Made by a program: the position numbers and the translations under genes. The notes below the pieces were generated by a model, which did not search any database, was not told the DNA's origin, and saw only the letters and a program-made list of their open reading frames with translations. Below, one piece after another: positions 49,657-59,073 of a stretch of 64,000 nt of DNA. Source of the DNA: Rhodospirillales bacterium (GTDB taxonomy: Bacteria; Pseudomonadota; Alphaproteobacteria; Bin95); the NCBI GenBank assembly GCA_008081395.1, contig VMCJ01000011.1, positions 14,264-78,263 of the forward strand. Reading direction: 5' to 3'. Position 1 is the stretch's first letter. Each line of letters begins with the position of its first letter.

Positions 49657-50735
49657 TTTGCAGCCGCCGATATCAAAAATTCATCGACCGCCATTGAACA
49701 CCCCTGAGCCTCGGCACCACTAACGCGCCCATGGAGCATGAAACCTTCATCCACCTCAACCCCTGCATCTTCTGTCAATATAGTGGTTACAATATTGAAG
49801 TGGGCGAGGTCTGTGTGCGCAAGAACACCAGTCGTGCCCTTGGGGAGGGATGAGCCTGTGAGAGGGTCAACGACACGTGTTTTTATCCAATGGGGGCCAG
49901 ATTTAACAGACGGACAAACAGCATTACCATTGTCATAGAATTGGGTGCTGAGCTCAGTCATTCCATACATATTGATGCAGTTTGCGCGAGAGACCCCAAA
50001 AGCATTTTGAAGGGCATCATAAAATGTATCCAACTCCAACTCTCGGGATTGGCCTTTAAAACCTCCAGTATCGAGAAGGCGGCTGCCAGGCGGTAGTTGG
50101 AAGCGTCTTCCCTGACGTTCCATTTCATCTAAAACATGGACGAAGCTGAAACTGGCGCCCAGCAAACCGTATGATACACCATTTTCTTCTGCATCTTCCA
50201 AACTGTGGAATAAGCGTTCGTAATCGATGCCATTACTTCTAACAAAGTGGGAGCTTCCCTCAGAGCCAAAGTATTGCTTGGCGAGTTCAAGATAATGGGC
50301 GAGCGAGGAATTCGGCATAGCCACAGGTGGCGGAAAAAGAATGCCAATTTTTAGTTTTTCTCTATTGCCCATGAATCGTTCGAGAAAATTTTGACGCATT
50401 GATGCGTTATATACGGCCAAGGTTGGATGGTAGCTTTTCCCTCTTTTTCCACCCTGTGTTGTGCCACTTGTCATAAAGGTGGCTTCTGCACTTGTTGGAG
50501 AGGAGCATGTAAGGTCAAGCGTCTTGAAGGCGCTGATGGGTACAGCGGGAATATCTGCCCAGTGCCGCACCGTTTTGGGTGTTTTTCCTCTTGCTAAGCA
50601 AAACTTTTTGAACGGCAGGTTATGTTCAAATTGATATGCAAAAATTGAAAGCGCCATCTGATCGAAATCGGCTTCGACAGCATTTTTATTTTCGATGAAG
50701 GTTAGGAGTTTGCTAACAACTTCAGCCTCATCCAT
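49653..50735 (-). CDS. LuxE-family acyl-protein synthetase (adenylate-forming, ANL-like)
   Basis: TSGTT AMP-binding P-loop (MTSGTTQGGKRGKSY), about 360 aa in length, and LuxE-like conserved blocks. It is the first gene after the riboswitch. Confidence 0.65.
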   Translation of the reverse strand: MDEAEVVSKLLTFIENKNAVEADFDQMALSIFAYQFEHNLPFKKFCLARGKTPKTVRHWADIPAVPISAFKTLDLTCSSPTSAEATFMTSGTTQGGKRGKSYHPTLAVYNASMRQNFLERFMGNREKLKIGILFPPPVAMPNSSLAHYLELAKQYFGSEGSSHFVRSNGIDYERLFHSLEDAEENGVSYGLLGASFSFVHVLDEMERQGRRFQLPPGSRLLDTGGFKGQSRELELDTFYDALQNAFGVSRANCINMYGMTELSTQFYDNGNAVCPSVKSGPHWIKTRVVDPLTGSSLPKGTTGVLAHTDLAHFNIVTTILTEDAGVEVDEGFMLHGRVSGAEAQGCSMAVDEFLISAAAN

Positions 50736-50789
50736 CGCGCTATCTCCACTCAGAGGATGACACTAGGAGAGGGATAGGCCGCATCTTTA

Positions 50790-50930
50790 GAGTCCCATTC
50801 CCTCCGCCGGTATAATCCGGTTCAGGTTCAAAGGGTCATCGTGCTGACACTCATTTTAGTCAACGACCAATGGTGTCTATCGATATCTCAGCCCTTAAAG
50901 CAGGGCCCCCCTACGGTAAGTCCCAGACGC
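50790..50930 (-). promoter_or_regulatory. TPP (thiamine pyrophosphate) riboswitch, THI-box
   Basis: The minus-strand RNA reads ...GGGGGGCCCUGCUUUAAGGGCUGAGA-(variable hairpin)-ACCCUUUGAACCUGAACCGGAUUAUACCGGCGGAGGGAA. Compare the E. coli thiM aptamer GGGGUGCCC...GGCUGAGA...ACCCGUAUCACCUGAUCUGGAUAAUGCCAGCGUAGGGAA. The aptamer ends ~55 nt upstream of the luxE-like ATG. A CUCUCC element could sequester the GGAGAU Shine-Dalgarno. Confidence 0.85.
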
Positions 50931-51062
50931 TAAGTGGAAAACTGCTCTCGCGTCAAGATTGATATGATATTTTTTGCCGGCCTTATTTTCGAGTTTATCA
51001 CAAAAGTAAAAAAATACATTTGCGGTTGAAGAGGCTAATTATGCTCTCTTATCTCTGGCTTA

Positions 51063-51911
51063 TTAGGAAATTAAAACTCCTTTGGCGTCGTCTGACGCGA
51101 TTGTACAACGCCAGTGAACACGACGCTCTTCGATGGGATAATCTGCTGTTGCAGAATGGAGTGTGCAACGATTGTCCCAGGTAACCAGATCACCGACTTC
51201 CCACTTGTGTCTATATTCTGCCCCCGGTGCAATTTGATATTGTTCTAGTTCTTGAAAAAGATCCTTCGCTTCTTGATCAGATAAGCCAACGATCCGCAGC
51301 AAATGTGTAGGATTGAAGTAAAGAGTTTTTTGTCCAGTCTCACTATGAGTGCGAATTAAGGGGTGTCGCACTGGTGGAAGATTTCTGTCCTCTGGCTCAA
51401 GCAGTTCCGAACTTTTTCGAGATACACCCCCATAAACATAATCTGCTTCCAAGTTTTGAATTCTCTTCTTAAGGGTATTTGGTAAGGAGTTATAAGCCAT
51501 AGCCATATTGGCAAAGAGCGTGTCTCCACCTCTTGATGGGATCTCCAAGCCAAAAAGCTGTGTGGCTTTACACCCCTTTGGATCCCAAGGACCATCTGTG
51601 TGCCATCCGTGTCCGCGCGTATATACCGGCCTATTTACAGTCCCATCAGCATTGCGAGCATTGGTGCCCATGACCGTCAATTCGGGATGATTTGGATGAC
51701 GTGATTTTTTTACTAAGTGTGGAAAAATTTCGCCAAAGCGTCGGCCATAGCTGAGAAAGTCTTCAATTGTAAGTTCTTGACCACGAATGCAGATCACACC
51801 AGCTTCGAGCCAGGCTCTATAGATCAGCTGAAATTCACTGTCGCTTATGCTTCGAATATCTATACCGGTGACGATTGCCCCACAGCCAGGACTGGCCTTT
51901 TCAATATGCAC
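51063..51911 (-). CDS. TauD/TfdA family Fe(II)/2-oxoglutarate dioxygenase
   Basis: HxD...H facial triad (HWHTDGPWD ... H) and TauD-like blocks are present. The likely GTG start at 51911/51914 sits immediately after AGGAGGAGG, which overlaps the upstream stop. The ORF-track TTG start at 51950 would overlap the LLM gene by 29 nt. Confidence 0.75.
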   Translation of the reverse strand: MHIEKASPGCGAIVTGIDIRSISDSEFQLIYRAWLEAGVICIRGQELTIEDFLSYGRRFGEIFPHLVKKSRHPNHPELTVMGTNARNADGTVNRPVYTRGHGWHTDGPWDPKGCKATQLFGLEIPSRGGDTLFANMAMAYNSLPNTLKKRIQNLEADYVYGGVSRKSSELLEPEDRNLPPVRHPLIRTHSETGQKTLYFNPTHLLRIVGLSDQEAKDLFQELEQYQIAPGAEYRHKWEVGDLVTWDNRCTLHSATADYPIEERRVHWRCTIASDDAKGVLIS

Positions 51912-51921
51912 CACCCTCCTC

Positions 51922-52917
51922 CTACTGCAGCTCGCTTTTGATTTCACCAATTAGTTCAATTGCCTTGAGTACATCCTTTTGGGCTAATCCAGGCCACTGC
52001 AGCCTAACTATCAGGTGATTGACCCCAAGTTTTTGGTTAAGCCATTGGATCCGATCTTTCACCATAGCCTTGTCGCCAATAATGAAACGAGCTGCTTGGA
52101 AGTCATCAAAAGCCTCTTCGAAAGGTTGTCCTGCAACATTGGCGCTACCCCACGACGCGTAAGCTGAATACTTGTAAATTAGGGGTTCCTTGGCGATAGC
52201 AAAAGCCTGTTTAGCCGTAGTAGCGACGAAGCATTCCCGTATCATTGGTTTTTCAGTGGGAGGGCCAAGACCTTTTGCTTCGCGTTCTTCATCATAAATC
52301 GCGTAATTGCGTTCCAACTGATCCCAATCAGCAGATGGGCTAACTAGCCAGGCATCAGCTATTCGAGCAGCACGACGTATTGCGGGTTCTACGCTTGCTC
52401 CGATCCAAAGAGGCAGGGAGGATCCATTTTTGGGTCTAACAGAGGCGCCAACGTCTGTTAGCTGAAAGAACTGGCCCGTATGAGAAATGCGGTCCTCTGA
52501 CCAGAGGCGCCGAATGACGTTGATTGCTTCTGTCGTCCGAGCGGCACGCTTACTAAAATTGACCCCAAAGGCCTCGAATTCTGCCTCACGATATCCTAGG
52601 CCAACGGCAAGAATATAACCACCTCTGCAGATCCAATCGAGTGTTGCTGACTCTTCGGCCACTTGAACAGGGTTAGTCATACCTAGGAGCCATATACCGG
52701 GCCCCATTCGCATATTTCCCGCTTCTGCAGCAAGTCTTGCTAACAGAATATTAGCCTGAAACATGCGAAGAGGCTGCGTCAGGTAGTGGTGTGGCGCTAT
52801 GATAGAGGAAAAACCACAATCGCGAGCAGTACGCACCTGAGCCAACAAATTTTCAGTTGCATCATCTAAAGGCGCGTCATCAGAAAATTGTGGATTTATG
52901 TAGAGGCCAAAGTCCAT
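51922..52917 (-). CDS. LLM-class (luciferase-like) flavin-dependent monooxygenase
   Basis: TIM-barrel LLM blocks with an MDFGLYINPQF start. The internal ATG at 52917 avoids overlap with the amidohydrolase gene. Length is ~331 aa. Confidence 0.7.
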   Translation of the reverse strand: MDFGLYINPQFSDDAPLDDATENLLAQVRTARDCGFSSIIAPHHYLTQPLRMFQANILLARLAAEAGNMRMGPGIWLLGMTNPVQVAEESATLDWICRGGYILAVGLGYREAEFEAFGVNFSKRAARTTEAINVIRRLWSEDRISHTGQFFQLTDVGASVRPKNGSSLPLWIGASVEPAIRRAARIADAWLVSPSADWDQLERNYAIYDEEREAKGLGPPTEKPMIRECFVATTAKQAFAIAKEPLIYKYSAYASWGSANVAGQPFEEAFDDFQAARFIIGDKAMVKDRIQWLNQKLGVNHLIVRLQWPGLAQKDVLKAIELIGEIKSELQ

Positions 52918-52940
52918 TTGACATCTCTCTCTTGCAGAAA

Positions 52941-53975
52941 TCAGTTTATTTTGTAGGTGCGAACCGCCGTGTCGTGGAATAGCTGACGTTTTTCGTCGAC
53001 GCTGTAATCCAGTGTAAGGTGCTTGAAAGAATTCCAAAGAGTGTTGTAGCTGCAGCTGGTCATATCTACTGGAAAGTTTGACTCGAACATACATCGACTG
53101 GTGCCAAAGTGTTCAATGGTATGTTCGTACCAACGTCGAGTTGCCTGCATTAAAGTTTCGCTAGTTGGTGGTGTGTTATGATTTTCCCAGCCAAAGCCGT
53201 TGATATCCATATTGATGCCACCAAGTTTTGCTAACACATTTTGACAGGTTGCTAGATCGGCTATTTCTTTCTGCCAGATTGGAAAAATGTCGTCAGCTTT
53301 ACCCGCATAAGGTCCAATTCCAAGAGGGCCTCCAAAGTGATTTAGAATGATAGTTGTATCTGGAAATGCCCGTGCTAGTGCGGTTACTTCTTTAAGTTGT
53401 GTGTGATAGCACCAGGCTTCAAAAGTCATATTTCTGGGAGCTAATTCAGCAAACCCTTCTCTGAATTTTGCATTTGAAAATCGGTCCGGCCCGTTTGCAT
53501 CTTTGGCGCTGCGAATCGAATTGTCAGCATCCCACTGGCCCTGGCAGCGAATTCCACGAAATCGCCCTCCGCCTGCTTGAACATGGGCATCAAGAACTTC
53601 GCCAACAGCACTGCCAATATTTAAATTGGCTGAGCCAACGATAGCTGCTGCAACCCTGCACTTCCCATACAAGCCAGAAGCACTCATCGCCGCGATACCA
53701 TTTACGAACTCTGTTTCTCCAACGCACTTCAGGTGCTCTGGACCACTCGCCCTGTACATCGCTGAGCACTCAATGAACACAGTGCTGACAATGTTATGAC
53801 CAGAATTTAAGTCCGACAAAATTTCATCAAGAAGATATTTCGGCGCTACACGGTCATGGCGAAACTCCCACAAGTGATGATGAGGATCACAGATCGGCAA
53901 TTCCGGCTCCAAAGTATCTTCGATGACTTTGTCTAACCATGGCTTATTTTTTGAAGGAGTCATCATGCTATCCAT
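52941..53975 (-). CDS. amidohydrolase-2 (PF04909-type) metal-dependent TIM-barrel hydrolase/decarboxylase
   Basis: N-terminal DPHHHLW metal-binding motif and an Amidohydro_2-type C-terminal region. Length is 344 aa. Confidence 0.75.
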   Translation of the reverse strand: MDSMMTPSKNKPWLDKVIEDTLEPELPICDPHHHLWEFRHDRVAPKYLLDEILSDLNSGHNIVSTVFIECSAMYRASGPEHLKCVGETEFVNGIAAMSASGLYGKCRVAAAIVGSANLNIGSAVGEVLDAHVQAGGGRFRGIRCQGQWDADNSIRSAKDANGPDRFSNAKFREGFAELAPRNMTFEAWCYHTQLKEVTALARAFPDTTIILNHFGGPLGIGPYAGKADDIFPIWQKEIADLATCQNVLAKLGGINMDINGFGWENHNTPPTSETLMQATRRWYEHTIEHFGTSRCMFESNFPVDMTSCSYNTLWNSFKHLTLDYSVDEKRQLFHDTAVRTYKIN

Positions 53976-54091
53976 TTTGAAAATTCCCGACGTTACAGCG
54001 TGCGCTCGTTAGATATTATCCTCAAGGCATTTGATTGCATTTAGTTGCCGCTATCCAATAGGCTGTAGTGATAAATTGGGAGAAAATCCTC

Positions 54092-54892
54092 ATGGAAACG
54101 CCGACTTCAATTCGTGCTGAAGTTCGCTATGTGAATGCTGAATGGAAAGGTCGAAATGAAATTCCTCGAATAGGGTCCAGGGAAACACGACGGGCTAACA
54201 CGTCCCGAAAGTCCATAGATATTTACGATGCTCGACCAGGCCTTGCGAATGGTGAAATCACTTTAGATGGTTCCGGTTTTACGCTTGAAAAGCTTGTGCA
54301 CGCCGTAGAAGATTTTCGTGATATTGAGGCCACAGCGCGCCAGTACTACCCCGCTGTTGAAAAGTTGGTGGCCGATCTTTCTGGAGCAAAGAATGTATTT
54401 GTCCGGGATCATTTGGTTCGAACAGAGGTTCCCATTGACTTCAATGATGGATACGCAAGATTTGTTCATTGCGACTATAACATGAAGAGGTTGAAGGAGA
54501 TGTCTGAGTCTTTGTTGAAGGCTAGAGGTATTGAGCCGAAAGAAGACTGGACCTATGCGTGGTTCAATACCTGGCAGCCTTTTGACAACCCAGCCGTAAA
54601 TAATCCGCTAGCTTTTATAGATTGGCAATCATTGCCAGAAGATGACGTAATTGATTACTTCTATACAGGTCGAAACAGAGAGAGTTTGGTGGCGGCTCCC
54701 GTTTATAATCCAGATCACGTTTGGCGCTATGTGCCGTCGATGTCGCCAGATGAAATTCTGATTTTTAAACAGATGGACGGAAGGCGTAATGCATCTGTTT
54801 ATTGCCCTCATACCTCTTTTGATAATCCTGCGGCCCCGGACGATGCCCCACCGCGTCGAAGTGTTGAAACACGGTTGTTGGCAGTTTTTTAA
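54092..54892 (+). CDS. hypothetical protein, possibly a CmcJ/NvfI-like non-heme iron oxygenase
   Basis: 267-aa soluble protein with candidate HxD (FVHCDYN) and distal His (YCPHTSF) ligands. The assignment is tentative. ATG at 54092 is preceded by GGGAGA. Confidence 0.35.
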   Translation: METPTSIRAEVRYVNAEWKGRNEIPRIGSRETRRANTSRKSIDIYDARPGLANGEITLDGSGFTLEKLVHAVEDFRDIEATARQYYPAVEKLVADLSGAKNVFVRDHLVRTEVPIDFNDGYARFVHCDYNMKRLKEMSESLLKARGIEPKEDWTYAWFNTWQPFDNPAVNNPLAFIDWQSLPEDDVIDYFYTGRNRESLVAAPVYNPDHVWRYVPSMSPDEILIFKQMDGRRNASVYCPHTSFDNPAAPDDAPPRRSVETRLLAVF

Positions 54893-54980
54893 AGAGATCA
54901 AAAACGGGTATTGCTAGTTAAGGAATGGTTAAATTAGGCAAGAGTTGAGCTTAGTTCGGTGTGCAGTACTTGCAACTAGT

Positions 54981-56099
54981 TTAACGAATTAGTGAAGAAT
55001 TCGCAGCATCAATCGCTTCAGGTAGAGCCTTCTCAAATGCGGCCAAGTTTTCTGGGAGACCTGCACTGACTCGAATACAGCGATCTTGAGGCGCTGCAAA
55101 CGGCATCCGGACAAAAATACCTCTGGCTACAAGTTCATTCAAAATGGCGCGCGCAAAAGCGCTGTCTCTACCGCAGTCTATGGCGACAAAGTTGGCTGCA
55201 CTGTCCAGGGGTTGAAGATTATTTGCAGTGGCGATGCGCCCAATCTCAAAGCGGGATGTTTCAACTAGTTTTCTTACATTGAGTAGCCAGTTTTGATCCC
55301 GTACTGAGGCAAGAGCGCCAGCCTGGGCGATACTGTTCACACCAAAGTGGTTACGTACTTTGTTGAATGCTAACGCCAGCCCTGCCTCGGCAATTCCATA
55401 GCCTACTCTCGCACCAGCCATACCAAAGGCTTTAGAAAATGTGCGGAACCTAATAACCCGTGGGTTGTCTACATCGATGGGAGGCGCCGTTAACTCTGGA
55501 GCAAACTCAATGTAGGCTTCATCAAGGCAAAGAATCGAGCCTTCTGGCACAGCGTTAATCATTGTTTGAACGGAATTTGCGTTATGCCAACTTCCCATTG
55601 GGTTATCTGGATTAGCTAGGTAAATTAGTGCTGCAGAGTTTGCCATAGATGCAGCAAGTAAGGCTTCGAGATCTTCTTTGTCGTCTTTGTAGGGTACTAA
55701 TTCTAGTCGTCCCCCAAAGCCTGCTACGTGATAATTAAAGGTTGGATATGCGCCCAGCGAGGTTACTACTGGGGTCTGCTCAGAGACCATCAACCTAACT
55801 AGATTTCCCAAAAGAGCATCGATGCCCTCGCCAACTACGATGTTATCGGGCCGTACTCCATGCAACTTAGCCAACTCTTGCTTCAGGTCATAATTCTCCG
55901 GGTCGCAATAACGCCACACTTCAGAAGCAGCTAGTCGCATGGCTTCTAAAGCTTTAGGTGATGGGCCAAATACGCTTTCATTAGCTCCTATACGAGCTTG
56001 AAACGGTTTGCCTATTTGCCGCTCCTGAGTTTCAGGTCCAACGAACGGCACGGTTGAGGGCAATGATGCAGTCAGTGATGTGAATGGATAGTTTTGCAT
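54981..56099 (-). CDS. class-II PLP aminotransferase, histidinol-phosphate aminotransferase-like
   Basis: HisC-family blocks (ANESxxGPSP, the region around the PLP-binding Lys, FSKAFGxAGxRVGY). Length is 372 aa. Confidence 0.8.
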   Translation of the reverse strand: MQNYPFTSLTASLPSTVPFVGPETQERQIGKPFQARIGANESVFGPSPKALEAMRLAASEVWRYCDPENYDLKQELAKLHGVRPDNIVVGEGIDALLGNLVRLMVSEQTPVVTSLGAYPTFNYHVAGFGGRLELVPYKDDKEDLEALLAASMANSAALIYLANPDNPMGSWHNANSVQTMINAVPEGSILCLDEAYIEFAPELTAPPIDVDNPRVIRFRTFSKAFGMAGARVGYGIAEAGLALAFNKVRNHFGVNSIAQAGALASVRDQNWLLNVRKLVETSRFEIGRIATANNLQPLDSAANFVAIDCGRDSAFARAILNELVARGIFVRMPFAAPQDRCIRVSAGLPENLAAFEKALPEAIDAANSSLIR

Positions 56100-56182
56100 C
56101 TATGGCCTTAGATTGGCTGAAATTTAGACTAGTTTATCGCGGCGTATAGAGCCGCTGAACTTTAACCCTGGCTATATCAAAA

Positions 56183-56518
56183 TCACGGCTCACCTGGAGC
56201 TGGATCAAAATGTTCTTCTAGTTTGTTTTTAACGTCCACCCAATCATCCGCATCGGTGGGACTGTCACCTTTTCGGGTAATGTTAGGCCAAGACTCTGAA
56301 TAGTCTCTGTTAAACTCTACCCATTTCTCTGCCCCTACTTCCGTATCAGGCTTAATAGCTTCAATTGGACATTCTGGCTCGCACACACCACAGTCAATAC
56401 ATTCGTCGGGATGGATCACAAGCATATTTGCGCCGACGTAGAAGCAGTCTACAGGACATACTTCCACGCAATCCATGTATTTGCACTTAATGCAGTTATC
56501 TGTGACGACGTAGGTCAT
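56183..56518 (-). CDS. fdxA: 7Fe ferredoxin (FdxA type, [3Fe-4S][4Fe-4S])
   Basis: [26 protein letters not shown]...[12 protein letters not shown] cysteine pattern. Length is 111 aa. Confidence 0.85.
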   Translation of the reverse strand: MTYVVTDNCIKCKYMDCVEVCPVDCFYVGANMLVIHPDECIDCGVCEPECPIEAIKPDTEVGAEKWVEFNRDYSESWPNITRKGDSPTDADDWVDVKNKLEEHFDPAPGEP

Positions 56519-56675
56519 TGGCTGCTAGCTTCCTAAAGTATGAGAATAAACTTTACAGGCGGTATATCGCGACCAGAACTTGCAATCAATCAAAGTTGCG
56601 TCCGAACAGTTTGGCCATTCATAAGCAATAAATTATCCTCACGACGACTCACAAGTCCATGGAGACAAAATCCCG

Positions 56676-57722
56676 ATGCCAAAAGCTTTCTTGACAACCG
56701 TTATAGGATCAATGCCCAAGCGGCCCTGGCTGATGAGAGATAGAATAGCCTTGGATGGTAAAAAGGACCATTTTGGCAAGGGCCCCGAGTGGGTTTTGGA
56801 AGGCACGGCACTCTCTGAAGCACAAGATGATGCTGTACGCGTCGTTGTCTCTCAGCAAGAGCAAGCAGGGATCGATATTATATCCGATGGGGAGCAACGT
56901 CGGACTAATTATGTAACGACAGTAGTTAGAGGCTTAGATGGTTTTGACTTCGAATCATTAAAGGAAAAAACCATGCGAGCAGGCCGTCGCAAAGTATTGG
57001 CTGGTCGCTGCATCGGAGAGATAAAACATACCAGGCCTTTAGTTGTTGACGATGTGAAATTTCTTAAAAGCGTCACAAATCGTAAAATCAAAGCAACCTT
57101 GCCAGCACCAATGACAATTGTGGACAGTATTAATGACGACTTCTACGGTGATCCTAAGTCTTTTGCTTTTGCATGGGCAGAGGAAATTAATAAAGAGGCA
57201 AGGCTTTTAGAGGCGGCTGGTGCCGATGTTATCCAGTTTGATGAGCCAGTTTTTTCTCGTTATCCAGACGAAGCGGCAGATTGGGGTATTGAAGCGCTTG
57301 ATCGTTGCGTCGATGGCCTATCTGTAACAACAGCAGTGCATATTTGTTACGGATATCCCCAACCTGGCTTGGAACGGCCTATACCGGACGCCTATCCAAC
57401 AGTTGTTGCCGCGCTTGAACACTCTAAAATTGATCAGCTTGCCTTGGAGTTTGAGGGTTCAACACTCAATCCAGAAATTTTAAAATTATGCCCAACAAAG
57501 ACCGTTTTGTTTGGCTGTGTTTTCAATTCTGATGGAGTGATGGAGACAGCTGAACATGTTGCAGACAGACTGTTAAAAGCGGCAGAAGCCTTGTCGCCAG
57601 AACAGATCCAGGCGGCTCCTGATTGCGGTCTTGCGCCAATGTCACCAGCTAAGGCTTTTCAGAAGTTAAAGGTAATGTGTGAAGGAGCAGCGCTTGCTCG
57701 GAAGCGTGCAGGTTTGGAATAG
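56676..57722 (+). CDS. cobalamin-independent methionine synthase (MetE) C-terminal-domain family protein
   Basis: Short (348 aa) UROD/MetE-like protein. N-terminus TTVIGSxPxxP and Zn-binding His/Cys/Glu residues are positioned as in MetE-like methyltransferases. Confidence 0.7.
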   Translation: MPKAFLTTVIGSMPKRPWLMRDRIALDGKKDHFGKGPEWVLEGTALSEAQDDAVRVVVSQQEQAGIDIISDGEQRRTNYVTTVVRGLDGFDFESLKEKTMRAGRRKVLAGRCIGEIKHTRPLVVDDVKFLKSVTNRKIKATLPAPMTIVDSINDDFYGDPKSFAFAWAEEINKEARLLEAAGADVIQFDEPVFSRYPDEAADWGIEALDRCVDGLSVTTAVHICYGYPQPGLERPIPDAYPTVVAALEHSKIDQLALEFEGSTLNPEILKLCPTKTVLFGCVFNSDGVMETAEHVADRLLKAAEALSPEQIQAAPDCGLAPMSPAKAFQKLKVMCEGAALARKRAGLE

Positions 57723-57734
57723 GAGGGTTAAAAG

Positions 57735-58916
57735 TTGCCTATTATAAATCGCATAGCCGAACTGAAGGAGGAAATGACCGAGTGGCGTCGAGAAATGCAT
57801 ATGCATCCCGAGACAGCTTTTGAAGAGGAGTGGACGAGCGCGTTTATACTCAAACGCCTAGAGACCTTTGGCATGGACGAAATTCATACTGGCATCGCCA
57901 AAACAGGCATTGTCGCAGTTTTGAGGGGCCAGGAAGAGGGGCCGGCAATAGGTCTGCGCGCTGACTTTGATGCGCTCGATATCCTTGAATTAAATGACGT
58001 TTCATACAAATCAAAAATCCCAGGCAAGATGCATGCATGTGGTCATGATGGTCACACTGCGATGCTCCTTGGGGCAGCCAAATACATGGCTGAAACGAGA
58101 AATTTTCGGGGAACAGTATATTTCATTTTCCAACCTGCGGAGGAGAATGAGGGCGGCGGCCGAGTGATGGTTGAGGACGGTCTTTTTGATCGGTTTCCGA
58201 TGACAGCTGTTTATGGCATGCACAATTCACCGGGTGTGCCGATTGGCCATATCACTATGGGATCCGGCCCAATGATGGCAGGGTACGACATATTCGAAAT
58301 AATAATTGATGGTTATGGCACCCACGCGGCCCGTCCGCATCAGGGTGTTGATCCTGTGATTATTCAGGCGCAGATTGTTATGGCACTGCAAACTATTGCA
58401 TCAAGGCAAACTGATGCATTGGACAGCGTGGTCCTCTCTATTACGCAGGTGCACGGAGGCGACACCTGGAACGTGATACCGCAGCAGGTGATCCTGAGAG
58501 GCACGGTTAGGTGTTTTTCCCCCCAGGTCCAAGATCTAGTTGAAGACAAAATGCGAAAGCAATGTGCGGCAATTGCCCAGGCCTTTGATGCAAATGTTAC
58601 CGTCAATTATGAGCGTCGCTACCCACCAACAGTCAATGATCCGGAACAAACAAAATTTTGTGCTGAGGTGGCTTGTGATCTTGCAGGCCCAGATAACGTG
58701 AACGCTAATGCCCGGCCAGTGATGGGGTCAGAGGATTTTTCATTTATGTTACAAGAAAAGCCCGGTTGTTACATACGGATGGGCAATGGAGGACCAGGTG
58801 AATTTGGATCTGTTGTTGTTCATAATCCCCGATATGATTTTAATGACGAAGCGTTGCCGTGGGGGGCTAGCTATTGGGCGCAGCTTGTAGAAAAGGCTCT
58901 GCCACGGCAAAAGTAA
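57735..58916 (+). CDS. M20 family amidohydrolase (hippurate hydrolase / N-acyl-amino acid amidohydrolase-like)
   Basis: MHACGHDGH metal-binding motif and M20D dimerisation-domain blocks. Length is 393 aa. Confidence 0.85.
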   Translation: MPIINRIAELKEEMTEWRREMHMHPETAFEEEWTSAFILKRLETFGMDEIHTGIAKTGIVAVLRGQEEGPAIGLRADFDALDILELNDVSYKSKIPGKMHACGHDGHTAMLLGAAKYMAETRNFRGTVYFIFQPAEENEGGGRVMVEDGLFDRFPMTAVYGMHNSPGVPIGHITMGSGPMMAGYDIFEIIIDGYGTHAARPHQGVDPVIIQAQIVMALQTIASRQTDALDSVVLSITQVHGGDTWNVIPQQVILRGTVRCFSPQVQDLVEDKMRKQCAAIAQAFDANVTVNYERRYPPTVNDPEQTKFCAEVACDLAGPDNVNANARPVMGSEDFSFMLQEKPGCYIRMGNGGPGEFGSVVVHNPRYDFNDEALPWGASYWAQLVEKALPRQK

Positions 58917-59073
58917 CAAAAGCTATCTTCAGCTGAAATTGTTTGGTGTTTTCAACCAAGAAAAAAGTTGGCTTTTGTCAGCTAAGTTCATCTGAGGGGA
59001 CAAGCTTCGAGTTTCCTGCAGCAATAGCCTTAAAATATGAATTTAGGTTAAAAAAATTTTAGGGGATAAATTA

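Noticed and set aside
56519-56675. Possible SAM-II or cobalamin riboswitch upstream of the MetE-like gene
   Set aside because: I found no B12 box (GCCACUG-like). The SAM-II-like GCUUGC...AAAGCU arrangement is not convincingly present, and the protein is a short MetE-family paralog rather than bona fide metE.
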